This document shows, piece by piece, positions 10,407-25,400 of a stretch of 64,000 bases of DNA; position 1 is the stretch's first letter, and the number at the start of each line of letters is the position of its first letter. The notes under the pieces are model-generated. The model saw only the letters and a program-made list of their open reading frames with translations. It was not told the DNA's origin and searched no databases. Both the position numbers and the translations under genes were made by a program. Origin of the DNA: Elusimicrobiota bacterium (GTDB lineage Bacteria; Elusimicrobiota; Elusimicrobia; F11); contig JBGAON010000001.1 in the NCBI GenBank assembly GCA_044221725.1, forward strand, positions 224,001 to 288,000. Reading direction: 5' to 3'.

Positions 10407-13400
10407 GATAACACGGCGCCGGCCAGCCAAGTGACTTTCCCTGATGGAACGCAGGTTCGCTCGACGATTCCACAAATCCTTGGTACAGCAAGCGATAACA
10501 AGTCCGGGGTTGCGTACGTTTACGCGTCCGTGGGCCAGATTTCCGGGGCCACGACAAATTATTTTGATGGCACGGGCTTCACCGCAGCTACCGAATATTT
10601 CAATTTGGCGACGGGAACAACAAGCTGGTCCTACAATGCATCGATCCCCTACACGTCGGGCTTGCGATATTTGTTCCGGAGTTTTGCGATTGACCAGTCA
10701 GGCAACATCGAGACGGCGCTTGTTCCGCAAATTGCCGCCTGGTACGACGTAACGAAGCCGACCACATCACTAACGTCACCACTGTCATCGACGTACCGTT
10801 CGGAACTGGATTCAATTCAAGGAAACGCGTTTGATGCGACAGCGGGATTGGCTGCGCTGGCTTCGAACGGTGTGCAAGTGAGAATTCTCGAACTGGGCGG
10901 CAATTGGTGGGGTGGTTCGTCGTTCAATCAGCCGGATCCGAACGCCGCCTGGAGCAACGCCACTGGTGGCACACCAACGTCATGGACCTATGTGAACGGC
11001 AGTCTTACCAGCGCGTTACAAAGTGGAACCACTTACTTGATTCAAGTGCGCGCGAAAGATACGGCTGTTCCGGCCAATCAGGGTCCGAGTTCGAATGGTA
11101 CGAATTCGAATTTCACGCTGGGCGTCGATTCGAACACGGTTGTCATCGATAAAGTGGCGCCTGTTTCCGGAATATTCCTGCCAGCGTCTGGCGGAACGAC
11201 GTGGTACTACAATTCCCTGCCGACAATTTCCGGTACGAGCACGGACGCAATTTCACGAATCACCTCAGCGGCCCAGGTGACGGTCAGTATCAAAGAAGCG
11301 TTGCCTGCGGGTGCTTGGTGGTCGGGCGCATCCACATTCACGGCGTCTTCCGAACAGTTCTTCGGCGCCACGACGCTGGCGGCCGCAAATTCCACATGGA
11401 CACTGACAATGCCGACGTTGCGCCATGGAATGGCGTATTTAATTCGTGTGAAAGCATCCGACAACGTCGTGCCAACGCCCAATTCCGAAACCGCACTCTC
11501 GAGTACCACGTTTGTTTACGACGTTCAATATCCGACCGCTACCGTTTATTCGCCGGCCAATGGCGCCATCATTTCCGCGTTAACGGATATCTCCGGAACA
11601 ACGCAAGAAGAATTCGTGACGTCAGCGGTGTATATCACTGTTCGTGACGACACAATGAACCTGTGGTGGGACAACACCAACAGTACGTTCACGTTGCTTA
11701 ACGGCGCAAAGGTGTTTTATCTGGCGTCGCAAGTTGCAGGAAGCTGGAACAATTGGACTTGGTCATTCCCCTCGTCCAAATTTGTTACGGGCCGCGACTA
11801 CACGATCAACGTGTACGCCACAGACGCCGCTGGAAATACTCAGCCCGTGGCGATCAGCGGCTTTACCTGGGATAAAACCGATCCTCTCTCCGAAGTCACC
11901 GTGCCAACGAACGGTTCGTTCCTTCGAGTGGGAGCTTTCACCACGGTGTCTGGTACCGCGGACGACGCGAACGACATTCAAACGGTCGAAGTTTCAATCC
12001 AACGTTTGTCCGACAGCAACTGGTGGAACTCCGGCAGCAACAGTTGGAGCGGATCGGGACCGTTGTACATCTCGCAGACAGCGACGTTGGATGGGGCGGC
12101 CGGCAGTCACCCGCGCGGTTGGCACTTAACGAGCGGCTTACCGGCGGACGCCAAACTCAGTGCCGACGGTCTGTATCGCGTTCGCGTGCGCGCTACTGAC
12201 GCGCCGGGCAATATTCAGCAAACGATTTCGAATGGTATCACGTTCCGATACGATGTCGATGCGCCTTCGTTGGCAATTCAATATCCAGTCGATTCCACAA
12301 TTTATCCGAGCATCACTTCGATTTATGGTACAGCCCAAGATAATTTCAACACCAAGCGCGTTGAGCTGCGTTTGAAAAATGGCAACAACGAATATTGGGA
12401 CGGTGGAAGCTGGGTGGCCCCGGTGAACACGTGGGTTGTTGCGACGGGAACGTCGGCTTCGTTCAACACCGTCAACTGGACTTACACGACGGTGCCGACG
12501 TGGGCCGCACAGACATATCAGCTCAATGTGCGTGCGGTCGATGAAGCCGGCAACTACACGCAAAACTATTCTTCGATCACATTTACGTTTGACAATATTC
12601 CGCCAGTGACAATCACGACCTATCCTGTCTCCGGCTCGACGTACCGATCGGTAGCGTTTATAAATGGAACCGTTCAAGATGGTTTGTCGCCACGGGACAT
12701 TTTGGAAACACGTGTAAAGATTTATCGCAGTACCGGTGTTGGCGGCGTCGAACACTGGAATGGTGGTTCCGATGCTTGGGAAGGTCCGGAAGTTTGGAAT
12801 CTCGTTAACCGCACAAGCCACGGGGGTAGTCTTTATTATTGGGATTATTCGGATACGAACTTTACCGATCCAAATCCCGCGCTCACATGGACATCCGGTA
12901 CCACGTATTACATCGTGTCGCGAGCGATTGACACAGCTGGGAATGTGGCTGTTGAATCGTCGACCAAAACTTTCGTGTTTGATAACACGCCGCCCGCATC
13001 AGCGCCGACCAATCCTCTCGATGCACGCGCTTACAAGGCCAGTGACCTTGCAATCATATCGGGTACCGCAATCGATGCAACCAGCGCGATTGCGAGTGTT
13101 CAACTGTCGATCAAAGATGAAGATACGGCTGGCGGCGCGAAATACTTTAACGGATCCACCTTCTCCGCGACAACGGAAACCTTCTTGGACGTAGCCCAAC
13201 TATTCTCGGCCAGTTGGACGTACACGTCGGGAGGTCTCAGCTTTAATAATGGACATCACTATGTCTTCAAATCATCTGCCGCTGACATTATCGGCAACGT
13301 GGAAACCCCTGGAAGTGGTAACCGCATTTTGTTGGATGGACAAAACCCAGTGTCCGGTGTCGTGAGCCCAACGAACGACTTTACCGGTACCCCCTCTCAA

Positions 13401-16400
13401 ACGGTTTTTGGAACCGCTAGCGATCCGGGATTCACCTCTGGAATCAGCGGAACGGGATCGGGAGTCAAATCGACGCTTTCTTGGCATCAAGGCAAGGCCC
13501 AACTTTTAATCCTTCGTGATGAAGGCGTTTCGATCGGGGCGGGACCCGTTACATACGGTTCATGGAACATCGCTGAAGATTTCGTTTGGAATGGTTCGAC
13601 CTGGGTCGCCGCCAGTAACACGCCGACATGGGTGGATGCGGACAGCATGGACGGACTGGGCAACTGGACTTACCTTGGCCTCGTAAACAATTGGGTGAAA
13701 GGTAAATTTTATGTGGCGTGGGTGCGAGCCATTGACAACGCTGGCAATGTCCAAAACGCGATAACGCCCGGCCCGAAATTCCAAATAGCGGCGCCAGCCG
13801 CGAGTTTTGTCGTAACCGGTCTCACGGACAGTCAAGCCGCTGGTTTCGATCACACGATTACCGTTGAAGCGAGAGACGCGCAAGGATTCCGAGCGACGGG
13901 TTACCAAGGGACCGTGGTGTTCAGCGCGCCCGGTGGACCCGAGACATCCGATACGGATGATACTCTCGACGATATTTACGGTTTACCGAAATCTTATACG
14001 TTCGTTTCTGGGGATGCCGGCATTCACACGTTCACCACGTCGGTGCGATTCCGTCAATCGGGCACACGGCAGATTCGAGCCGAAGATTCCGTCGACGCGT
14101 CTATCTTTGGCGTTCAATCTGGCATAACCGTCAATCCGGCATCAGCGATCGGATTGCTTGTCGTTGCTGCGGGTCAAACGTACGCACCCGGAGAAAGCCC
14201 GACTCCCGATGGTGACGGAAAGACCGGTTCAATCACACCGGTTACCGCCGGTAACACGATTGTTTCTCAGATTAAAGTGGTTGATAAATATTGGAACACT
14301 GTCACATCATCGAGTCCTGTTATATCGGTAGTAACTTCTGACCCATACGATACCGATCCGGGCTCTGTTTCCATTACCGCGGGAACGGCCACCGTGAATG
14401 TCACGATGACGACAGCCGGCAATCAGACCATCACGGCGTCTGGCGCGGGCACCGACGGAATTTCAAATACCGTTGTGATAAACCCGAAATCGGCGGATCG
14501 GTTGGTTGCGGTGTTGCCGGGTCAGACGCGGACGCAAGGAAAATACAATGTTATCCCGTTTGGAAAAACAGGATCTGTTTCCAATATTTATGCAGGTCAG
14601 GCGATGACCGTCAGCGTGTACGGCGTTGACCAGTACTACAACCTCGACCCGGCTGCGAGTGTGGTTGTCTACACGGATCTCCCCAACGATAGCTACGATA
14701 CGACGCCGTTCTCGCGTACGCTCGTCAGCGGAACGACGGCGTTCACGTTAACGCCGGTGACCTCCGGTTCTCAAGTTGTGCGGTCCACTGCAAACGTAAC
14801 GAACAACACGTACACGTCGGAATCATTTACTGTGCTGGCCGATACGGACTCAACACAAATCCGTATTCAGCTTGTTTTTTCTGGCGAAACACCGGTGCCA
14901 GGACTTCCTCCGTACGCGCAACAGAACGGTGGAAAAAACGGGACGCCGAACGCGCAGTATGCGGGGCTCGGTTCAACGGTTACCGTGCGACTGGTGGACC
15001 GTTTCTACAATTTGATTACCGGCGGAGCCGTTATGCCAACAGTGACGCTCACCACGAGTGATCCAAACGACGATGGTTTTGGATTTGCTCCGGTCGCTGT
15101 CTCGCTCGTGAACGGTGTGAAGCAAGCGACAATTACATTCGTCACTTCCAATAACGCCTACTCGAGTTCCGCGAACCCCGCGCGCAACAACAAAGGTTGG
15201 CAGGTCACCACGAACGGCGGAGGTTTGTACACCGCCGATGTTTCGACGTGGGTCGTCACGTATCCCAATGATATTGTGAAGTTACGATTGCTCGCATCGA
15301 ACCAAGTTATTCAGGAAGGTTCATCGCCAAGCGGCTCGGGCAAAACAAATTCTGGTTCTCCCGTTTCAGGTACAGCCGGAACAGCGTATCCACTAACCGT
15401 GCAAGCGGTTGACCAATATTGGAACCAAAATCTCGGTCTTGGTCCGTTGCATAACACAGGAGCCGGTCAAAATGTGGATATCGAAAGCAACGATCCTTAC
15501 TCGCTATTTCATTCCACGGGCCCGCTTACGCAGGGCGAAAAAGTATTTTCAACATTTGAACCGCGCACCGCTCAAACGTTGACCGTGTATGCGTATAGCG
15601 TCGACGATCCGTTGATTTCAAGCCAGACGATCACCGGTATAACGATCACCCCGGCGGCGGCTGCGCATTATCAAACCCTGCTGCCGGGCGAGACGCCGTT
15701 GCCCGGATCAAATGTTTATCCGACGGGAGGAAAATCCGGCACGCCAAACACACAAACGGCGGGCACCGCGATTCCGTCGCCCGGCGTTGAAATTCGTTTG
15801 GTGGACGATTATTGGAACCCTATTGTTTCGGGCCCACTGCCGTGGGTGATATTGACGGCGCCCGAAACCGTGGATACCTACGCGGTGCTGCCGTCAAGCC
15901 AGCAGATGGCATTGAGCGGTGGCGTTTATCGAGCGGTTTTCACGAGCACGGTGACGCTCCGAACCGCTGGTGCTGCACTGTCGCACCGCATTTTAGCAAC
16001 CGATCCTGGACTCACAAATTATTCGGCATCCTATTCGTCGTATTTCACGGTGCAGCCAAACACCTTAAATCGCCTTCAAGTTTTGATGCCCGGTGAAACC
16101 GCGGATCCGGGGCGCCCCGCGAACTGGCTTGGAGGAGGCGGGTTGGCTGGAAAAACAGGGTCGCCAGATGAAGATGGCATCAGTGCGAATGGCGTCCAGT
16201 CATTCTATGCCGGGAACAGTTACAACGTGACAGTTAACGGAGTGGACGCGTTTTATAACGTGGTCAGCACGAACTCGACAATAAGTCTCACGTCGAGCGA
16301 CCTGAATGGAACGCCCGACAACGTGACGCCGCTCAGCAACACCTTGGCGGCCGGCACAACCGGATTTTCTGTGATATTTAAAACGGCACAAGATGCGGCC

Positions 16401-19400
16401 GCGGCTCCGGTGACCCAACAACTCACGGCCGCGTCGGGCGCATTGACGCCGGGATTGACGCCGAACCTAAACATCCAAGCGAATTCGTCGACCCATATTC
16501 AAGTTTTGTTAACGGGCGAGACCGCGGCACCCGGAACGTCCGCCGGAAAAACCGGAACACCCACCGCTGCGATTGCGGGCGAAGATTATTCGATCGTCAC
16601 GCGTCTCACCGATGATTATTGGAACGCGATCGGAAACACGTCGTCGGATGTTGGGCTTCGCCTGACAACCACCGATCCCTACGATTCACCGGACCCAGAC
16701 ACAACAGCGACGATCTTGCAAGGGGCCGGCAATTTCTCGACGACGTACACGCACAAATTCCAACGTCAGAATACCACCGGATGGTACGTCACGGCGTCGA
16801 CGCAAACCGGCCCGCTGTATGTTTCCACAATGGTCGGGCCGGTGCCCGTCACGGCGGACAGCAACGCGGCGAACAATCACTATCTGATTGTTGTGTTGCC
16901 CGGCGAACAATTTGAAGCTGGAAAAACGGCGGCACCCGCCGGTCGCACTGGAACGCCAGACTTCACAGCGGTTCTTGGATCCTCTGTTCCGAGGGCCGGC
17001 GATTCGTTCCCCGTCACTGTGGTCGCTGTTGACCGTTTCTACAACAAGGTCGATGATTCGGATAACCCGCTTGTAACGATTTCGGCGAATCCATTCTTGT
17101 TCCCGACGTATGCTCCCGGTGCTTCGTTCACGCTCACGAATGGAAGTGCGACCGTGAACGTGACACTGCGTCGGTCAACGGGTACGGCAACCCTTTCAAT
17201 CAACGAAGCCGCCTACGGGTCTGGAATTGAGTACAGCACCGGGACATCCTCGACGTTCTCGGTTGTTCCGAACTCAGCGACGCGGCTGCAGGTCCTGTTG
17301 CCCGGAGAGACAGCGGTGCCCGGTTCATCCACGGGCAAAACCGGATCTGCCGACTCCGACGGAAACAACAGCGCAAACGGCGACGGCATCGCGGGCAACA
17401 TAGACGACTTCGTTGCGGGCGTTCCGTACCAAGTAAACGTGCGCGCCACGGATGACTATTACAATTTGGTGACCGGCGCAACGCCGAAGGTGACTCTCAC
17501 ATTGACCGATCCGTACGCGCAGCCGGCGTCGCAACAACAAGATTTGATTTCAGGCTCCACCGTTTACGCGGTAACATTCTTTACCGCAAATCCGAGCGGA
17601 TGGAACATTAATGTCGCCACGAGCGCCGGTATTAACTTGATTCCAGCCACGTCGGCGAACGCGATTGTACGCGCGAACTCCGCCACAAAACTTTTGGTGC
17701 TTGTGCCGGGGCAGACGCAGGTGCCCGGTAACGTTTCGGCGAGTGGCAAATCGGGAACAATCACCGGGGCAACCGCCGGTAGTGTATGGATCGCAACGGT
17801 AACTGCCGTCGACAACTGGTACAACACGGTCACGAGTGCGAGCGGCAACGCCTGGTTCGTAACCTCGGATCCGTACGATGTCGAAGCCACAACGCGCACG
17901 CTTGTTAACGGCACCACGTCGTTCTCAATTCAGATGGTGCAAGCGGGCAATCAGACGCTTACCGTTTATCATCTCGAAGGATTCTATTCGACCGGCACGG
18001 TCACCAATATTCCGATCACGGCAGGCACGGCCAACCGCGCATTGGTAATTCTGCCAGGCGAAACCTATCTGCCCGGAAAACCGCCGTACACAATTGGCAG
18101 TGGAACCGGTGGAAAAGCAACACCCGATTCTCCGTCATCGCAGACGGCCGGTACAGCAATCAATCCGGTTACGGTGTACGCCACCGATGCGTATTGGAAC
18201 CAAGCGGTTTCCGTTGCGACCGTTACATTGACCGCGCCCGCGGATGTCAATCCGATGGGTCTTACCGATTTGCATCTGGTGGGCGGTGCCACCTCGTACG
18301 CGCCAATCCTTTACAAAGCCGTTGATTACAATGGTTCGACGCACACTTTCTCAGTTTCGATCGCGGGCCTAACGAACCCTGATTACGACACGCCCCAATT
18401 CATTCTTTATCCTGACACCGTTGGGCCGAGAAAGATCCGCATGCTGTATCCCGGCGAATCCCGCGTTCCGGGAACCGTCGCAGGTAAATCCGGAACTGTC
18501 ACAGGGCCGGCTGCGGACAGTCACTTCACGGCCGGACAATTGGTGGCAATCACGCTCGATGGCACCGACTCTTGGGGAAATATTTTGGATGTTGGTTCGA
18601 CGTTCACGTACACGACCGACGACGCGTACGACACGAACGATCCCCGCAGTGTCACGCTCTTGCACGGTACATCATCGTATATGCATCGATTTATTACCGA
18701 GCGAACAAATGATGCTGGTGAAGTAACCATACCGAACTTCACGTACGCAACCGCTACCGCGAGTGGATACGCGCCTCAGTCGGTGGCTATCAACGTCGAC
18801 GACGATGACACCGTTCGCAATCTCCAGATTCTCGTTCAAGGCGAGACCCCGGTTCCGGGCAGCGGCACGTGGCCGACCGCTGGAAAATCAGGACAACCGG
18901 ATGGCAACACGGGCACCGGTCCAATCGACAATTTTGCGGCGGGTCAGAACATTTCGATTACGGTTCGGGTCGTCGACAATTATTGGAACTTGGTTGAAAA
19001 TCCCCAGAAGGGCCAACCGCTTATCCAGTTAACCGCGACGGATCCCAATGTCAGCGTTCCGTTGTTGTCGGGCGCGCCAATGTCGGGTGGCGCGTTGTCA
19101 ACGACGGTTCAATTGCGGACAAAGAATCTGACCCCAGGCTGGGTCATCACAGCGACGGGCACGGCGAACACGTTTGGGTTTGCGAACAACACATCGGCTG
19201 CCATTCCCGTTGATGCAGGAGCACTGGCGGCGTTGCAAATTCTGGCCCCCGGAGAAACGCCGAGTTCGGGAACCATCACCGGCAAACTCGGCACACCCAG
19301 CACGCAGGTTGCGGGAACCCTATTTAATATTCCGATCGGAAATATTCGTGCGATCGATGCTTTCTATAACACTGTATCGACAAACGGATCGGTGACCGTG

Positions 19401-22400
19401 ACAATGCGCGATCCGTTTGGTTTGCCGCAAAGTCAGACGCTTGCGCTCTCCGCTGGTGCGAATCCGGCGGTTGTCCCGATTACGCTCAAGATTTCAACCG
19501 CTACCTTTAGTCCGCAGGAATTGTACGTGAACGGTCTCGGTGTGGTGGGCAGCACCTCGACGGCGATCCCGGTCAATCCGAACACGGCAACGAAATTGCA
19601 GGTATTGTTGCCCGGTGAAACGGCCGTGCCCGGTTCGGCCTCCGGCAAAATCGGAACGCCCAGCGGCGCCGCTGCCGGAGACAATTATGCGGTCTCCGTG
19701 AATTTGACCGACAATTACTTCAACACGGTTCCGCAGGCCACGCAACCAACGGTTCGTTTATTGACAATGGAGCCGACATCGTTCTTTACCGTTGCTCCGG
19801 CCCAGCAGACGCTCGCGATCAATGGATCGGCGAGTTACACCATGACGTTCCAAGGTGCGAACAGCGCTCCGGGTTGGCGCGTGCTCGCGACCACGGTGCC
19901 GGCATCGGTGTATTCGGCGTTGCCCGATACGTCGCCGGTTGTGGTTGTGGTTGCAACGACAACCGATCGTCTGCAGCTGGTTCTGCCGGGGGAAACGGCG
20001 GTGCCCGGATCGACGGTCGGCAATGCGCGCGGCCTCAGTGGAACGCCGACAGCGGCCACCGCCGGCGTGGACTACATCGTGACGGTGCGACTCACCGACC
20101 GCTTCTACAATTTGAAAACGGATGCGACACCACAAGTGCAAGTGGACACGAACGATCCCTACGACACGCATCCGTCCACGCGAACGATGTTGAACGGGAC
20201 GACCACATACACCATTCAATTCCACACCGCGCCCGGTCCGTATTGGATCCACGCGGCGACGGTGCCAAGTCATGTGACGCCAACGCTCGCGGACTTCACA
20301 TCGGCGAATGTTGCAGTGAATCCCGGATCGCCAACGATGTTGCAAGTTCTTTTGCCTGGTGAGAGCGCGGTTCCCGGGAAGCCGCCCTACGACTTTGGCG
20401 AAAACGGCGGAAAGACCGGAACACCCGACTTCGACGGAAACAATGGAAATGGCATCCAGTCATTCGTTGCCGGAAGTACCTTCGATGTGACCGTGAATTT
20501 GGTGGACCAGTATTTCAATCGCTCGAATACGCAGAACACGTTTGTGGTTCTTTCGGCGAACGATCCTTATGACACGTTGGCCGCGCTTGGCCAAAAACAA
20601 ACAGGCGCTGGCGGATATCAGAACGGCCAGACGGCTTTCCTGGGCGCGAGCCTCGTCACACGGAACACGACACCGGGTTGGCAAATCTTCGCATCAACAA
20701 ACAATGGTGACAATTACTCGATGGGTCGATCCACATGGGTGCCAGTGGCCTCGGGTTCGCTGCAGCAATTGCTCGTGCTCGCGCCGGGTGAAGTGAGCGA
20801 AGAAGGAAACCCCATCGGTAAGTCCAATCCAAATCCGTCCACCGAGGTGGCCGGAACAACATTCACCGTCACGGTTCGTGCCGTTGACTCGAATTACAAC
20901 ATCGTTACCACGACGGATTCTCTCGTGGCTCTCACGTTTATCGGCAATTCGGACGCAACGAAAGACGACGCGTTCAGCGAGCCGACGCGGCCCCTGGCAA
21001 AAAATCTTATCAGTGGAACGACCACGTTCGACCTGTATCTTGTGACCGCCGAAAACAAACAAACAATAATTATTGCGACGGCGCCGGCTCTCACGCCGGG
21101 TTATTCGGGTTCGATTCCAATGACGGCGGATGTAACCGATCGATTCCAAATATTATTGCCCGGCGAAACAGCGGTGCCGGGCTCGTATGCCAGCGGTGCA
21201 CGAGGATTGACCGGTCAACCCGATATCGACGGCAACAATGCCAACGGTATCTCGCCGTTTATCGCGGGAACACCATTCAATGTGCAAATTCGCGCGACCG
21301 ATCGGTTCTGGAACAAGACAACGGCAACGCCGATCAACATGACGCTCACGTCTTCTGACCTAAATGACCTTTCGGATCCGATGACAATTAATTTAACGGC
21401 CGGTGCGACAACGGTGGCGTGGACCTTCAACACATCGAATCAAACGCCGGGTTGGAATCTAACAGTGGATGACGGTGTCGCGGCATTTACCGGATTTACA
21501 TCGACCGATGTCCCAACCGCGCCAGGCACCGCAACGAAGTTGCAAATCTTGTTGCCCGGCGAAACAGCAGCGCCAGGCACCTCCACCGGTAAGACGGGAA
21601 CGCCGTACGCGTGGGTGGCTGGCGTATCGAGCAAGGTGATTGTGAATGTGGTCGATAGCAACTGGAACATTGTGCCGACCGCCAGTTTGTCGGTGCGCCT
21701 AAGCAACAACACCGACGTCTATACATCGACACAAACGCTGCCTCTAACGAATGGCACGACAACATTTAATTTCACGATGTACACGGCGACCGCCGCCACA
21801 ACATTCACCGCGCAACGCACGAGTGGTTTGTCGATTGCAAATCCAACATCAACATCGGCCAGCTTCGCAACAAACGCGAACTCCGCTACGCAGCTCCAAG
21901 TGTTGGTCCCCGGCCAGACCGCGCTGCCTGGCAAACCTCCGTACAACGGAACCGGCGGATATTCCGGTTCTCCGGATTACGATTCGAACTCTGGCAACGG
22001 AGTAACCGCATTCCCTGCTGGCGTTCCGTTCAATGTGACGGTGCGCGCGGTGGACAACTATTACAACCTGGTGCAGCCGAGCGCTAAGGTTCAGTTAATG
22101 ACCGAAGATCCCTTTGATCCAACGATCAATCCGCAGTCGCTGGCGGCGGGCACGACGACGTTCTCTATTTATATGCAGACGGTGAACCAAGCTCCCGGAT
22201 GGACCATCACGGTAGCCACGACATCAGATTCCCCGACGAGCTTAATCGCGAACACGACACCCGCGATTCCGGTCACGGCGGGCGCTGCCGCAAAACTGCA
22301 ATTGTTGCTGCCCGGCGAAACGGCGGTGCCGGGCTCAACCGCGAATAGCACGCTCGGAAAAACGGGCACGCCGACGAACGCAACCGCAGGAACTCGCTAC

Positions 22401-25400
22401 GATGTGGTTGTTCGCCTAACGGACGCCTTCTACAACGTCATTACTGGCGGAGCGATGCCAACGGTTGGTCTCACGACGACGGACCCGTACGACGATGAAA
22501 CCACGTTCTTCGGTGGTAACCCGCAGTCGCTCGATCCATTTACCGGTTCGGCCACAATTGGTGTGTTCTTTAACACGAGCTCAAGCTGGACCGTTACTGC
22601 GACCGACGATCCGTACACGAATCTGTATCAGAACGACACATCAACGACGGTGTTCGTGCAACCGGCCGCGCCGACGCGACTGTTGGTGATTATGCCCGGC
22701 GAAACACACACGCCTGGGAAAGTTACAGCGCCCCAAGGAAAGACCGGTACTCCCATAACGCAAACCGCGGGCGAAAACGTGCCGGCCACCGTTCTTATCG
22801 TTGATAACTACTACAACCTCGTCAGTACCGCGCAGAACCCGATTTCGATTACGACCGACGATCCGTACGATACCGATCCCGGAAATTATTCCGTGACCGG
22901 CGGTTCTCTCACAATTTCAAACTTGAGTTTCCGTGTGGCTTACCGTTCGGCCGTGGTGACCGCCACCGACAGTGATTCGGCCGGTCCGAGCCTCGTTGCC
23001 GGTAATTCAGCGTCGGTGCCGGTGTTGCCTTCCACGGCGACAAGATTGCAGTTGGTGCTGCCAGGCGAAACCGCACAACCCGGAAACACCGCGCTTGTCC
23101 GCGGAGTGACGGGCACACCAACGGCAACACAATCGGGCGTGAACATTCCTGTGCAAGTGCGGTTGACCGACAGCTTCTGGAACCTGACACAATCAACGAG
23201 CGCTGTCCGGCTTACGTCGGCAGACCCGTTTGATGGAACATCGGGCCCATGGCCATCAGCGGGTAAAGATCCGTACGATTTTGTGGTCGTACAAGGATCG
23301 GGAACGTTCAACTTCCCGCTCATCACCATCAGCACAACGGGTTGGGCTTTGACCGCGACCGATACCGACGACAACACATCACCTTATCCTATTCGTTTCA
23401 CAAGTTTTGTGTCATCAACGATCGTCGTTAATCCCGGCCCGCCAGCGAAGTTGATCACGGTGTTACCGGGTGAGTCGGTAGCGTCGGGTAGTTTGACGGG
23501 CAAAACCGGAGTCGCGTCAACGGCAACGGCCGGCGTTGAAATCGACGTGAAAGTGTATGTGGCTGATGCGTTCAATAACGTTGTAACGGTTCCGCCGGCA
23601 ACAGCGGGGACAAACTCCGCCGACGTTCGTATAAAAGTGGCCAACAACACCGATCCAAACGTCATCATCAATACCTCGACCCAAGCAATTTCGCCAGTGA
23701 CCGGACTGACCATATTCCAGATGACGTTGGTGAAGGCCAGCACGCACTCGATCCAAGCGGATGACATAAGTGTCAATCACAGCGCTTGGACAACATCGGT
23801 GTCGTCGACATTCACCGTTGTGCCAAACACGGCGACGCGTTTGTTGACGCTGATGCCCGGGGAAACGGCGCTGCCGGGCACCGGCGCTCCTGGAAAAACC
23901 GGCACGCCCACCGCGCAAGTGGCTGGCGCTAGTTTCCCTGTCATTGTGCAGATTGTGGATGACTACTACAATCAACAACCGAGCCATCCGGCCGAGAATT
24001 TGCGCGTCGACACTTCTGACCTTTACGACACGCATCCGGGAACGGCTACGTACGCCGACGGAACGAGCAGCGATATTTTTGCAGTGACGTTGCGCACGAA
24101 AGGCGCTTCTCACACGCTCGCGGCCTATGACACGAACATGCTCATGCCCGGAACGACTTGGACGTATTCTCAATCGGGCACGTTCACCGTTAACGCTTCA
24201 AGCGCGAGCCGCTTCTTGGTGTTGTTGCCCGGCGAATCGCAAGTCGAAGGTTCATTGACAGGCAAATCCGGTGCGATATCGACGGTCACGGCCGGTGTTT
24301 CGTTTGCATTGACGGTGCTTGTAACGGATGAGCAGTTCAACACGGTCACCAACAGCACGGCACCCCATGTGCTCTTGCATTCAAATGATGTGCTCGAAGA
24401 ATATGTTTCAGCGAATCCCAATGATGTATTAAACGGCTCACGCGGTTACACCATGAAAGCGAAAACCGCGACGACGAATTTCAGTGTTACCGCGTCGACG
24501 ACAACGGGAACGCCCGTTGGTACCGAACGAATTGTCGATGGCACAGCGTCGGGTATGCGTGTTTGGCCGGCCGGCGCGAATCATTTTGAGTTCGCGAATT
24601 TGCCGTCCTCGCCAATCGCAGCCGGTGATCCTTTCAACGGCACGATCCGCGTTCGTGACCAATTCCAAAACATTATTTCAACCGGCCCGAATCTTTATAC
24701 GGGCACCGTTGTGTTCCAAGCGGAGACATCCACGGACCCTGCGCAGGTGGCCGTTCTACCACCGAATTTCACGTTCAGTGCGTCTGATGCGGGAATCAAA
24801 GATTTCATCGGAGGCCCGGAAGGGAACTTCACATTGAAGAAGGCCGGATCGCGTTGGTTGAAGGCCTATGATTTCGGTGATTCGAACATCAGCACGGAAC
24901 GCTCGGGCTATTCATCGCGTCCGTACATCACGGTGTTGCCGGGTGTTGCCAACAAGTTCTTGATCTTGAGCCCGCTTGATATCTCCGACGGTGTGACCGA
25001 CAGCAAAGTGTCTGTGCCCGCCGGAAATATTTCGAACCTCGGAAAAACGCAATTGGTCGGACAACTTTCTGACCAGTTTAATAACTACATTAGCACACCG
25101 AATTTTGGTGTGGATCTCTCCGCGATCAATGTCACGGGTTCAACGGGAACGTTTAAGTATCAAAGCGGCGTTTCGTATACGACCATTACGTCGACATGGA
25201 CGGACGCGAACGGGCAAATCGGTGCGAACCCGGCTTTCTATTATTTTGTGTCTACGAAGGCGGCCGACAAAGCTCAGATTCGCTTGTCCAGCGGCTCAAT
25301 TATCGGGGACTCGTTGCAAATCGTGACGGTTGGTGGTTCGCCATCGAAACTCGTGTTTGTTAACCCGCCCGCTTCTTCTCAGGTTGGTCAGTGGACCGCA

